Positions 48,032 through 57,707 of a DNA stretch of 64,000 bases are shown piece after piece. Numbering within the stretch: position 1 is the stretch's first letter; each line of letters begins with the position of its first letter. Below the pieces are notes generated by a model, which was given only the letters and a program-made list of their open reading frames with translations, had not been told where the DNA came from and did not search any database. The translations under genes were made by a program, and so were the position numbers. Source of the DNA: an uncultured virus (IMG/VR IMGVR_UViG_3300029705_003980) (Duplodnaviria; Heunggongvirae; Uroviricota; Caudoviricetes); the IMG/VR virus record IMGVR_UViG_3300029705_003980. One strand, 5' to 3'.

Positions 48032-48412
48032 ATGAAACATGAAGCTATAGACCAATTAAGGTATCAGGGATTTGGTTACAGAAGAATTGCCGCTATGCTC
48101 GGTATGCCCGAAGGCACAGTTAAATCATATTGTCGCAGACATCCTTTTGATATAAAGCAGAAGGTATGTTTTGAATGTGGGACACCAATTCAAAATACAC
48201 CTCATAAGCGTGAAAAGAAATTCTGCTCGGATAAGTGCAGACAAAAATGGTGGAATAGCCATTTAGACCTTGTAAAAAGGAAGGCTATCTACCATCTCAC
48301 TTGTGAGCATTGTGGATGTGATTTTGAAAGTTATGGAAACAACCACAGAAGGTTCTGCTCTCGAACTTGTTATGCAAATTACAGACGAAAGGTGGCTGAA
48401 CCAAATGGATAA
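48032..48412 (+). CDS. HTH plus zinc-finger protein
   Basis: GYRRIA..LG....TVKSYCRR; CFEC, FCSDKC, CEHC, FCSRTC. Confidence 0.8.
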   Translation: MKHEAIDQLRYQGFGYRRIAAMLGMPEGTVKSYCRRHPFDIKQKVCFECGTPIQNTPHKREKKFCSDKCRQKWWNSHLDLVKRKAIYHLTCEHCGCDFESYGNNHRRFCSRTCYANYRRKVAEPNG

Positions 48413-48566
48413 GGATTTGTTTAGTGCTATTACAGCATATAAAACCACAATGGCGGCTTTTAAAGTTATGTTGAATAAAGGTCTTATTTCTGCTTCTGAA
48501 TACAAAGATATTGACACAAAAATTGCACAAAAATACGGGTTATCTTTGTCGGTTATATATCGATAA
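48405..48566 (+). CDS. Small SHOCT-like protein preceding the recombinases
   Basis: MLNKGLIS..EY..ID....KY. Confidence 0.7.
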   Translation: MDKDLFSAITAYKTTMAAFKVMLNKGLISASEYKDIDTKIAQKYGLSLSVIYR

Positions 48567-48634
48567 ATAGTGCCTGAAACCCTTGACTTTACGGCACTTT
48601 AGAGCAAATATATGGTAAAGAAAAGGAGGTAAAA

Positions 48635-49942
48635 ATGGATAGAATAATTAAGCAAGTGGTGTTTGCTGCACCCACAATAATAACTGCGTTAAAGGTTGCT
48701 GCATATACGAGAGTTTCAAGCGGAAAAGACACTATGCTTCATTCACTTTCTGCACAGGTGAGCTACTACTCAAAGTACATTCAAGAACATCCCGGTTGGA
48801 TTTACTGCGGTGTTTATAGCGATGAAGCAATTACCGGGACAAAGGAAAGTAGGAAAAATTTTCAAAAGCTACTTCAGGATTGCAAAGCCGGGAAAATTGA
48901 CCTTGTTATAACAAAGAGCATTTCAAGATTTGCCCGTAATACAGTAACACTTCTTGAAAACATTCGAGAATTAAAAAATCTCGGTGTTGGAGTTTTCTTT
49001 GAAGAGCAAAACATAAACACGCTTACAGCTGACGGAGAGCTTATGCTCACAATTCTCGCATCGTATGCACAAGAGGAGAGTTTGTCAGCAAGTGAGAATG
49101 CAAAGTGGAGAATTCATAAAGATTTTGAAAAAGGGATTCTTCCTAAAAATGTTCAGAACATTTATGGCTTCAACCGAACCGAAGATGGTGGATTTGAGAT
49201 AATTCCCGAAGAAGCAGAAATCGTTAAGGATATCTTCAACCTTTACCTTGAAGGCTTTGGATTTTTGAAAATCGCTCAACACCTTAACGAACTTGGAGTT
49301 GAAAGCAATACGAGAGAGAAATGGTCGGATAAAAAAGTAAAGTACATACTTTCCAATGAGAAATATGTCGGTGATTTGCTTTTGCAGAAATCATTTGTTG
49401 TCGACCATTTAACAAAAAAATGCAAAAACAATAATGGCGAGAAACCTCAATATTATGTCAAGGACAACCATCAAGGCATTGTTTCACGAGAAATATTTGA
49501 GGCTGTGCAAGAAGAAATAAAGCGAAGACAACTAAAATACGGCAAGCAACTCACAGTAGTTCCTACATATTTGTTTACAGGGAAAATGCAATGTGGCATA
49601 TGCGGAAAGAATTACCGAAGAAAAATCATTAGAGGGAAACCTATATGGAGATGCCCAACATTTGATAGGTTCGGCAAAAAGGAATGTCCATCGAAGCAAA
49701 TCCCCGAAGATATATTGATTGATTTGACTATGGAGGTATTGGGTACAAAAACAGTTGATATGAGGGTTTTCAATAAGAAAATTTCAAAGATGTTTCTACC
49801 TTCTGCTGACCGCATAATATTTGAGTTTACAGATGGACATACCATTAAAAAAACATGGCAAAATCGGTCACGCAGCCAAAGTTGGACAGATGAAATGAAG
49901 GAACAAGCACGGCAACATACTTTGAAGAGGAGGAAATACTAA
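48635..49942 (+). CDS. Large serine recombinase
   Basis: AYTRVSS, SISRFARN, zinc ribbon CGIC. Confidence 0.95.
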   Translation: MDRIIKQVVFAAPTIITALKVAAYTRVSSGKDTMLHSLSAQVSYYSKYIQEHPGWIYCGVYSDEAITGTKESRKNFQKLLQDCKAGKIDLVITKSISRFARNTVTLLENIRELKNLGVGVFFEEQNINTLTADGELMLTILASYAQEESLSASENAKWRIHKDFEKGILPKNVQNIYGFNRTEDGGFEIIPEEAEIVKDIFNLYLEGFGFLKIAQHLNELGVESNTREKWSDKKVKYILSNEKYVGDLLLQKSFVVDHLTKKCKNNNGEKPQYYVKDNHQGIVSREIFEAVQEEIKRRQLKYGKQLTVVPTYLFTGKMQCGICGKNYRRKIIRGKPIWRCPTFDRFGKKECPSKQIPEDILIDLTMEVLGTKTVDMRVFNKKISKMFLPSADRIIFEFTDGHTIKKTWQNRSRSQSWTDEMKEQARQHTLKRRKY

Positions 49943-51525
49943 TGGCAAAAGCGGTAACAGTAATACCTGCCACAATACACCCATTAACAAAACTGCCATC
50001 TTTAACGATGATGCTTCGCAGAACCTGCGGTTATGCAAGAGTATCAACAGATAAAGACGAGCAATTCACATCTTATGCTGCACAGGTAGATTATTATACG
50101 AATTATATTAAATCAAAGCCTGAATGGGAATTTGTGAAGGTTTACACGGATGAAGGAATCACAGGAACTAATACAAAAAAACGTGATGGCTTCAACGAGA
50201 TGATTCAAGATGCTCTTGACGGAAAGATTGACCTCATAGTTACCAAGTCTGTAAGCAGATTTGCAAGAAACACCGTAGACAGCTTGGTAACCATCCGCAA
50301 GCTCAAGGAAAAAGGTGTAGAGGTTTATTTTGAGAAAGAGAACATATGGACACTTGACAGCAAAGGTGAATTGCTCCTTACCATAATGTCGAGCCTTGCA
50401 CAGGAAGAAAGTAGAAGTATTTCCGAGAATGTAACTTGGGGCAAAAGAAAAAGTGCATCCGATGGAAAAATCAGTCTCGGATATAAGCAGTTCCTCGGTT
50501 ACGACAAAGGTCCCAACGGAACTCTCATTGTGAACAAGGAACAGGCGGTCATCGTTAAGCGAATTTATAAAGAGTTTATGCAAGGCAAAACACCTTGTAT
50601 GATTGCAAAAAGATTGACCCAAGAAGGAATTAAGACTCCTTCCGGCAGAGGAAAAAAGTGGAATGTAAGCGTTATTATGAGTATTCTAACAAACGAAAAA
50701 TATAAAGGCTCGGCTCGACTTCAAAAGAGTTTTACTGTTGATTTCCTTTCAAAGAAAATAAAGAAAAATGAAGGCGAAGTTCCACAGTATTATGTTGAGA
50801 ACAGCCACGAAGCTATCATTCCGCCCGATGAATGGGAAAGGGTTCAGAAGGAGTTAATTAGAAGAAAGAGTTTCGGCAGAAAATACAGCGGAAACAGTAT
50901 TTTTTCAACAAGGATTGTGTGTGGAAATTGCGGAGCATTCTTTGGCTCAAAGGTATGGAATTCAACCGATAAAAAATATCGTCGAACCATATGGCAATGC
51001 AATGATAAGTTCAAAGGCGAAACACGATGTGCGACACCGCACTTAAGCGAAGAACAGCTAAAGGAAGCATTTATAACAGCATTCAACCGATTGTTTGATA
51101 ACAAGGATGAAATTATCGGAAATTGCACAACGATTGTGGAAATGCTGACCGACTGCACGGAGCTTGATAAAAAAATAGAAACCCTACACCAAGAACTGGA
51201 AGTAATAGCGGAAATGGTACAGAAGTGTGTTGATGAAAATGCCTCAACCATTCAAAACCAAGATGAATACCTACAGCGTTATAACGGATTTGTAGCTCGA
51301 TACGAGGAGGGGCTTGAAAAACTCCAAAAATATGAAAATGAAAAGGTACTACGCATAGCAAGGGGTGAATCCTTCAACGATTTTATGAAAGCGTTTATTA
51401 ACATAGACAGCAACATAATCGAATTTGACAACGACCTATGGGTTTCAACAGTTGAGAAAGTGAATGTAATGCACGATGGCAAACTGATATTTGTTTTTCA
51501 AAATGGAACGGAGATTGAGGTTTGA
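49942..51525 (+). CDS. Large serine recombinase
   Basis: GYARVST, SVSRFARN, CGNC zinc ribbon, coiled coil. Confidence 0.95.
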   Translation: MAKAVTVIPATIHPLTKLPSLTMMLRRTCGYARVSTDKDEQFTSYAAQVDYYTNYIKSKPEWEFVKVYTDEGITGTNTKKRDGFNEMIQDALDGKIDLIVTKSVSRFARNTVDSLVTIRKLKEKGVEVYFEKENIWTLDSKGELLLTIMSSLAQEESRSISENVTWGKRKSASDGKISLGYKQFLGYDKGPNGTLIVNKEQAVIVKRIYKEFMQGKTPCMIAKRLTQEGIKTPSGRGKKWNVSVIMSILTNEKYKGSARLQKSFTVDFLSKKIKKNEGEVPQYYVENSHEAIIPPDEWERVQKELIRRKSFGRKYSGNSIFSTRIVCGNCGAFFGSKVWNSTDKKYRRTIWQCNDKFKGETRCATPHLSEEQLKEAFITAFNRLFDNKDEIIGNCTTIVEMLTDCTELDKKIETLHQELEVIAEMVQKCVDENASTIQNQDEYLQRYNGFVARYEEGLEKLQKYENEKVLRIARGESFNDFMKAFINIDSNIIEFDNDLWVSTVEKVNVMHDGKLIFVFQNGTEIEV

Positions 51526-51616
51526 TATACAAAATAGAACAAACCAAAATATATCAGTTATTTACAAAAATGTAGTTTGAGCATTAGCAAAACCCCTTAT
51601 TTTAAGCGAAAAACAA

Positions 51617-51650
51617 ACTGCTCCTGTTTTGTTGACAGGAGCAATTTTAA
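51617..51650. terminator. Bidirectional terminator between the convergent recombinase operons
   Basis: TGCTCCTGT / ACAGGAGCA stem with A/T flanks. Confidence 0.75.
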
Positions 51651-51656
51651 GCAAAG

Positions 51657-52565
51657 TTATTCTTCATCATTTTCTTCAGAAACAGGGTTGGAGTATTCGC
51701 CATCATAGTTCTCAAAAATGTCATATGGAACATCGTCCGAATAATCTTCATCATCGTCAATGAAATCAAAGGTATTGTCGTATAGCTTGTTTATAGAGAG
51801 CCTGAACGCCTTGTTCTTTTTCTTGCCGTTGTATGTTATAACCATAACTTCGGCAAATCCCATTGAACCGGGGCGTCGCTCTCTTGCACTTCTACTGAGT
51901 ATTTTGGGGGTCAAAGCACCAATCTTGTCCTTAAACTCCTCATCGTCAAGACTTTTGTTGTATGTAACTATGAGTTTCGCTATAGCCTTTAGGATGTTGG
52001 CAGTAAAGGAATCACAATCTCCTTCCCAAGTTCCGACACAAATCCTTAAGGTTCTACTGAGGACATGAATGCCGTATTTTTGATAAATCATTTCAAGTGT
52101 TGAAACCGCACCGATAACTCCGGGCGATTTTCTTAACCCTATCTCTAAACCAAAAGACTCAACAACCTCTTTTATAATAAGCTGGTCGTGATTTCCGGCT
52201 TCAATATTTGCCATAAACACTTCGTATGGCTTGAGACCTTTGACAAACTTCATCTGATTTGCAAAAATATCAGCTTCATGTTCATAGCTCAAATCGTCAT
52301 AAATCATACACCACACAGGCGTTTCACGAGACCCGGAAACAAGTGCCACAATTTCAATGGTATGCTGACCATTAAAGACATAGTTTATACCATTACGGCG
52401 GCTGACTTTTACAGGATTAATTTGGTACAAATCAAAATGCTCTGCAGCCTTTTCCACATGAGCTTCTGAAAGGCTACGCTGATAGTCTTGGTTGGAGACA
52501 AGGTTTTTGATAGGTATCTGTTCAAAATGTACTTGTGGTACAAAAGGATTAAATTCTTCCATCAT
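51657..52565 (-). CDS. ParB/Srx-like N-terminal domain protein (DUF6551-like)
   Basis: DYQR.L, P.KVS.R, VFNGQHT. Confidence 0.75.
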   Translation of the reverse strand: MMEEFNPFVPQVHFEQIPIKNLVSNQDYQRSLSEAHVEKAAEHFDLYQINPVKVSRRNGINYVFNGQHTIEIVALVSGSRETPVWCMIYDDLSYEHEADIFANQMKFVKGLKPYEVFMANIEAGNHDQLIIKEVVESFGLEIGLRKSPGVIGAVSTLEMIYQKYGIHVLSRTLRICVGTWEGDCDSFTANILKAIAKLIVTYNKSLDDEEFKDKIGALTPKILSRSARERRPGSMGFAEVMVITYNGKKKNKAFRLSINKLYDNTFDFIDDDEDYSDDVPYDIFENYDGEYSNPVSEENDEE

Positions 52566-53521
52566 TCCGCCTCCTTTATTGAAGCAAGTAAATCTTCTGC
52601 TTTTTCTATTAGTGAACACAATACCTTTATCAGTTTATTTCTTGCAGTATCTGATACAATATTTAAGTTTGCATGGCTTTGCGTTCTGTTTATGGAACTA
52701 ACCCACGATGGTATCGTAAGTGTTAGTTCGGTAACCTCTGCATCCGGGTCAAATTCAGGCATATTTTTAATACTTGGTGTTACTGGCTGCTCTTCTGCGG
52801 CAGCAGAACCTATGGCTTTTCTTGAACTGCTGTATTTGAAATACGCTTTATGGCTCCGATTCATCCGCCGATTTACTTCACGAAGTTCATCCTCCGGCAT
52901 ATTCGCAAGGTCAATAATGTTTTTGTGTGAAATTTTATACCTTCCTGACAGTATTTTGGGAACAAGCTCCGGGACTTTACTTCCGATCTGCTCAAGCGAC
53001 CTTGTATACACAGCATATTTTTGAACTGTTCCTGCTGACACATTGTTTTCTTCACCGATTTTTCTTGCAGTTCTTATGCCAGAAAAATTAGGATTTGGAG
53101 AGGCAAAATAATCTTCATCGGATATACTTTCATCGTAATTACGGTCAGAAGTATATTGATTATGCCCGGTTGGGTTTTTTCGGCTGCTGATAACTTTTTC
53201 GGTTTCATACTGCATTCCTATTAAAAATTTTCTTGTTTCATCGGAAATGTTACGTCTGCCGAGCTGATTGGCACATATCCAAGCAATCGCATCTTCTTTT
53301 GACTCGAAGTCCATTTCTCTAACTTCGTAGGGAATGTTATGGCGAGTACATATTTCATATCTGTTATGTCCGTCAACAATAAAGCCTTTCCAAGTGATGA
53401 TAGCTTCCCGGCATCCATCTTTCAAGATGTTCTCTTCAAGCTGTAAATATTCTTGACGGAGTAAGGGGCGTATTAAGTTTTTGAACTCTTTATTTATTTT
53501 TAGCGGTTTTCGTCTTTCCAT
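52562..53521 (-). CDS. ParB-like protein with HTH
   Basis: LEENI..DG, IVDGHNRY, NQLGRRN, TARKIGEENNVSAGTV. Confidence 0.8.
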   Translation of the reverse strand: MERRKPLKINKEFKNLIRPLLRQEYLQLEENILKDGCREAIITWKGFIVDGHNRYEICTRHNIPYEVREMDFESKEDAIAWICANQLGRRNISDETRKFLIGMQYETEKVISSRKNPTGHNQYTSDRNYDESISDEDYFASPNPNFSGIRTARKIGEENNVSAGTVQKYAVYTRSLEQIGSKVPELVPKILSGRYKISHKNIIDLANMPEDELREVNRRMNRSHKAYFKYSSSRKAIGSAAAEEQPVTPSIKNMPEFDPDAEVTELTLTIPSWVSSINRTQSHANLNIVSDTARNKLIKVLCSLIEKAEDLLASIKEAE

Positions 53522-53532
53522 AATTGCCTCCA

Positions 53533-53907
53533 TCAATTCTCTATGCGAGTAAGCGTTTTCATAGAAAAAACTGCCATATTATGAGATGATACAATATTCC
53601 CGGTTAGCCTGTACGAACAATTCATTTCTAAATTACCAACTACACTAATCAGTTTTTTTACAAACGACATACTATACAACTCATAGGAGTTATCTGCCAT
53701 AAGTTTTTGCGGTTTGATTTTTTCGGATTGGTCACCCGGAACAGCTTTTTCAACAGCTCTTATTGCAACACATTTATTATCTGGATTTACAAGTAATTGA
53801 ATATATGGAGGGTCACCAAGTAACCGAAGCATACTTTTATAAATTCTGATTCGGTACTTCTTCAAATCAACAGAAATTGTGACCGCAGGATTTGGGGTTT
53901 CTGTCAT
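53533..53907 (-). CDS. Hypothetical protein, paralogous to the recombinase C-terminal domain
   Basis: YIQLLVNPDNKCVAIR aligns with HIELLVNPITRKFAVR. Confidence 0.75.
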   Translation of the reverse strand: MTETPNPAVTISVDLKKYRIRIYKSMLRLLGDPPYIQLLVNPDNKCVAIRAVEKAVPGDQSEKIKPQKLMADNSYELYSMSFVKKLISVVGNLEMNCSYRLTGNIVSSHNMAVFSMKTLTRIEN

Positions 53908-54665
53908 ACCGATTCACCTCCTATGCTCGGATTTGGTACAGGAACAATATCAGTAGATTTATTTTCCTCCGTATTATCTTTTATGGAATACACAGCATAT
54001 CCTTCAACAATGTTAATCTGCATAGACTGCTTATGCTCATTAAAAGGTAAACCGAACTGGTCTTGCCATTCAGCCGGGAAAACAGGAGTCCTCGAAGTTT
54101 TAGGCTTTCCGCCTTCTGGTGTGGTTCTCTGGTATACTTCAGTAGCTGTTAAGTCAAAAGCTAAAAGGTACTCGTCATTGGAGTGAATGAGCTTGCCAAG
54201 CATTTTATACCTATGATTCGGATTCCAATCCATAAGTGAAACGACTTTTGCAAAAAACAATTTACAAGTAATTTGCTTTGATTTTCTCTTTCCGTTTGAA
54301 ACTGTACACCATTGAAAGGAGTCTCTTGAACCTTCTTCGCAGGGGCGAAGTGCAAGGATTTTTTTCTGCCTGTTAATTAAGACTTGAGCATAATCGAAAT
54401 TTGGGAATTTTGATAAGCACGCTGCATTGACATAGAATTTACAGTTATTGAAAGTACACGAAGGTTCTCGCATATGTGCAAAGAATTCACGTCTAACAAC
54501 CTGAAATCCATCAAAATCAAAATCCTCTCCCATATCAAGTATTTCATCATCCTCTGCCAACAGAGGAAAATTTTCAGGCTTGCGAACTGCCATATTTGCA
54601 TTTGCAGGTTCACCAACTGACCTCAAAATTTCAGACAATGTATTTTGTCCGTCAAACTCATTCAT
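53904..54665 (-). CDS. Hypothetical protein, paralogous to the recombinase C-terminal domain
   Basis: DFDFDGFQVVRREFF aligns with DFDLRGFEVARMELF. Confidence 0.8.
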   Translation of the reverse strand: MNEFDGQNTLSEILRSVGEPANANMAVRKPENFPLLAEDDEILDMGEDFDFDGFQVVRREFFAHMREPSCTFNNCKFYVNAACLSKFPNFDYAQVLINRQKKILALRPCEEGSRDSFQWCTVSNGKRKSKQITCKLFFAKVVSLMDWNPNHRYKMLGKLIHSNDEYLLAFDLTATEVYQRTTPEGGKPKTSRTPVFPAEWQDQFGLPFNEHKQSMQINIVEGYAVYSIKDNTEENKSTDIVPVPNPSIGGESV

Positions 54666-56559
54666 TACTGCTTACCTCCTGTAAATCAATATCTCTTAAT
54701 TCTTGTTGTATGTATCTTCGCAGTTCCTCAAAGCTCGTTACATTCATTTTCTTGCCTGTTTCATAAAGATGTCCTTCGATGCGAAGTTTCCATTCGTGTT
54801 CGCTTTGTGTCTCAAGCTCTTCAATGGAATGTTCGTGCAGATAGTATTCCTTACCGAAATTATTTGTCCACGATTCAGGTATAGCCCTTATACGCTTCCC
54901 ATAAGGAGTTAAAGGCTGCATCTTTACGCAAGTTGAAAACGGCTCGTCCTCTGCCATTTTTGGCACAAGGTGCGGCTTAAGGAACGCCTCGGTGTTTGCT
55001 GTGTCAAAAATGTAGGCAACTTGAGAACCTTCTACAAGCTCCGTTCCTGTTATACGATACCTAAAGTCATCGTTCCAGCCGAACAAAGAGTAGATGGTCT
55101 TACCGAAAGCTGCCGTTGAAATATTACGAGGAATAAACCTCTGTCCGCTTATCTTTGAACATACAACGCTCTGACGATTATCACTATTCGTAGTCCTAAC
55201 AGCGAATTTTCGTGTGATAGGATTTACAAGCAATTCAATATGATTGTTGTTACCGATTTTGTTAGTACAACTTGCACTTAACGATATATGCTTATCTCCA
55301 AAATTGATAATAGGCCTATGGAATGTGTCAAACAGCTCCATTCGTGCTACCTCAAAGCCACGAAGGTCAAAATCCCCGGCTTCAACCTCAACAGTAACTT
55401 CCTCTGCTTTTTCAATGTTGGGGTCATAGTCGGGACCATAAACGCTGTGTGATGCCTTGAGATAATCCGTTTCTTTAAAAGATGCCCAACGAGGATTTAT
55501 CACAACAAAGCCTTTTAATATTCCGCTATCAATAACTCGCAGTTCGGGAAGGTATGCCTTATTGCGATACTTTGCATTATCAAGCATTCGCTGAACAGCA
55601 AGAAAATCATCCCTTGATACAATTGCTTCGTGATGATTTTTATAGATGCTCTGTGGCTTTTGTCCTGTGTTTTTCATTGTTTTTCGCTCACGATAATTGA
55701 GTTTGAACCTTTTCCTTGTTTTAACATAACCACAATGCCGTTCATTTCGGAGTATTTGAACCACGCCTCCGGCTGTCCATTTTATATTGCCGAGGTAAGA
55801 TTTACGCCCCAAAGCAATAAGAACATCTGCAATTTGCTTTGTTGAATATCCGTAAAGGTACATATAAAAAACAAGTTTTACGGTTGGTGATTCTTCGTGG
55901 TTAATGATTAGGTTACCTTCGCTATCGTGTGTATATCCGAGCAACTTTGGAGTAAGCGGGATACCATTGTCAAGCCTCATTCGGAGAGAGGTTTCCATAC
56001 TTCTGCTTCTTGTGTGGGACTCTTCCTCTGCCATAGTAGCAATAAATGATAGTGCCATTTGCGAGTCATCATTTAAGGTGAAAATTGCCTCCGATTCAAA
56101 GAATACACCAACGGGAGATTTCAGTTCTGCCAGTTCTCGTACTAACTGAATCGTATCTACAAGGTTACGAGCAAAACGGGAAACATTCTTTGTGATAATT
56201 AGGTCAATTTTCCCGGCTCGGCAGTCATTCAACATTTTATTGAAATCATCTCTGTAATCTTTAGAAGTTCCGCTTATGCCCTCATCTGCGTAAATGTGGA
56301 CGAGTGTCCAATTTTCACGGCTTCTGACAAAATCTTCATAGTATATTTTTTGAAGCTCAAAGGAAGTGGTTTGTCTTTCATCATCTGTTGACACACGTGC
56401 ATAGACAGCAACTCTCTGTGGCACATCTGTATCGTAATAATCACGTTGTTTTTGGGCAGGAATGTACTCATAGTTTTCTTCGTCTATTTGAACGTGCATT
56501 CGCTGCCTTTGCTTTTCTCTTGAATGTTCCTTTGACATTCGCTTATCGTTATCAATCAC
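54658..56559 (-). CDS. Large serine recombinase with an atypical C-terminal domain
   Basis: VYARVST, NVSRFARN, recombinase domain; no CxxC ribbon seen. Confidence 0.93.
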   Translation of the reverse strand: MIDNDKRMSKEHSREKQRQRMHVQIDEENYEYIPAQKQRDYYDTDVPQRVAVYARVSTDDERQTTSFELQKIYYEDFVRSRENWTLVHIYADEGISGTSKDYRDDFNKMLNDCRAGKIDLIITKNVSRFARNLVDTIQLVRELAELKSPVGVFFESEAIFTLNDDSQMALSFIATMAEEESHTRSRSMETSLRMRLDNGIPLTPKLLGYTHDSEGNLIINHEESPTVKLVFYMYLYGYSTKQIADVLIALGRKSYLGNIKWTAGGVVQILRNERHCGYVKTRKRFKLNYRERKTMKNTGQKPQSIYKNHHEAIVSRDDFLAVQRMLDNAKYRNKAYLPELRVIDSGILKGFVVINPRWASFKETDYLKASHSVYGPDYDPNIEKAEEVTVEVEAGDFDLRGFEVARMELFDTFHRPIINFGDKHISLSASCTNKIGNNNHIELLVNPITRKFAVRTTNSDNRQSVVCSKISGQRFIPRNISTAAFGKTIYSLFGWNDDFRYRITGTELVEGSQVAYIFDTANTEAFLKPHLVPKMAEDEPFSTCVKMQPLTPYGKRIRAIPESWTNNFGKEYYLHEHSIEELETQSEHEWKLRIEGHLYETGKKMNVTSFEELRRYIQQELRDIDLQEVSSNE

Positions 56560-57175
56560 CTAAAAGCCTCCTTTCTTGGAGTAGTTTAATTGCTTCTTCT
56601 TCATCATCCGGGAGAACTTTCCAATTAGGTGAAGGAAGGAACTCTGTATCTCTTAAATCTTCAGTATGATAAGAGGCAAGTGTATAAATATCTTCTGAAA
56701 CGATGTATATACCAACAGGAGGTGTCTGTGCCGCAAGTAACCTTGATAACAAAATTAAGTCTTCCTCATATTGTGTTATATTCTTCTTTTTTTGAGTTAT
56801 TATGAGGTCAACTTTTCCATTCATTGAATCATCTATAAGTCTTACCAATTCAGGAGAGTATTTCATTTTTGGTGCGGTATTGCCTTCGTCTATATAAAAG
56901 TCCACAAACTTCCACTTTGGGCAAAGGGCAATGGTGTCCAAGAACTGCTTTTTATGATGTGCGAGATAGTTTTCGTGCTTTGTTTGGTTGAAGTATCTGA
57001 TATATACGCCTATCTTATACTCCTTTGTTGTACTCGGGCGCTCGTGCCGAATGGTCTGCAGCCAAGCCTTATGCTCTGCAATTTTAATAGCCTGTTCCGA
57101 TGTTTCCCCAAATGTGAGAGCAAACTGCGGTGTAGCTATGGCATTTAATTTATCAAATACTTCAAGTTCGTCCAT
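56552..57175 (-). CDS. Resolvase-fold protein lacking the catalytic residues
   Basis: VYIRYF replaces VYARVS; YIDEG and GKVDLIIT retained. Confidence 0.8.
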   Translation of the reverse strand: MDELEVFDKLNAIATPQFALTFGETSEQAIKIAEHKAWLQTIRHERPSTTKEYKIGVYIRYFNQTKHENYLAHHKKQFLDTIALCPKWKFVDFYIDEGNTAPKMKYSPELVRLIDDSMNGKVDLIITQKKKNITQYEEDLILLSRLLAAQTPPVGIYIVSEDIYTLASYHTEDLRDTEFLPSPNWKVLPDDEEEAIKLLQERRLLGD

Positions 57176-57230
57176 GTTGTACCTCCATAAAAATAGTTTC
57201 AGTAACATTTTATATCCAATTGGATAAATA

Positions 57231-57270
57231 AACCATAAACCCACAGTCAGGTGCTTGACTATGGGTTTAT
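57231..57270. repeat. 40-bp quasi-palindrome, copy A
   Basis: AACCATAAACCC-N11-CTTGACTATGGGTTTAT. Confidence 0.9.
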
Positions 57271-57338
57271 AAAATCAAAAAATTTATTCAAAATATACAA
57301 AAAAAGAGTGAGACTAATTCATCTTGAATTCATCTCAC

Positions 57339-57707
57339 TCAATAATCGTTATTTTCCTTTGGGGTATGCAAGGTTGTCTTTACTTGCTTCACAATCTTTA
57401 TGATTGATTCTATTTCAGAAGGACTACAATCCGATAGCAGTTCGGAATATTCTTTTTGATACAGCTCGTTCACTTCCGGGGTGTCGGGACGAAGAATAAT
57501 ATCCGCTGAAACTTGAAGTGCCTCAACAATTCTTACGAAGGTTGTGAGCCACATTTTGCTTTTTCCAAGTTCAATATCACTTAAATTGGAAGGTGAAATG
57601 TGAGCTTCAAAAGCGAGGTCATTTTGTGTCATCTTCTTGGACAGGCGGATTTCTCTGATTCGCTGACCTATTTCTTTAGTTTTCAGTTTTTCGTCCAAAA
57701 ATAACAC
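57339..57707 (-). CDS. XRE-family transcriptional regulator
   Basis: IGQRIREIR...MTQNDLA...LSDIELGK. Confidence 0.9.
   Translation of the reverse strand: MLFLDEKLKTKEIGQRIREIRLSKKMTQNDLAFEAHISPSNLSDIELGKSKMWLTTFVRIVEALQVSADIILRPDTPEVNELYQKEYSELLSDCSPSEIESIIKIVKQVKTTLHTPKENNDY

Larger units (their letters stand above)
7051..51525 (+). mobile_element. Siphovirus-type prophage with serine recombinases (ends approximate; may include the R-M locus)
   Basis: Ordered switch, replication, packaging, head, tail, lysis and recombinase modules with intact ORFs; att sites not identified. Confidence 0.9.

Noticed and set aside
51526..51656. Prophage attR
   Set aside because: No matching sequence found at the left end of the prophage within the window
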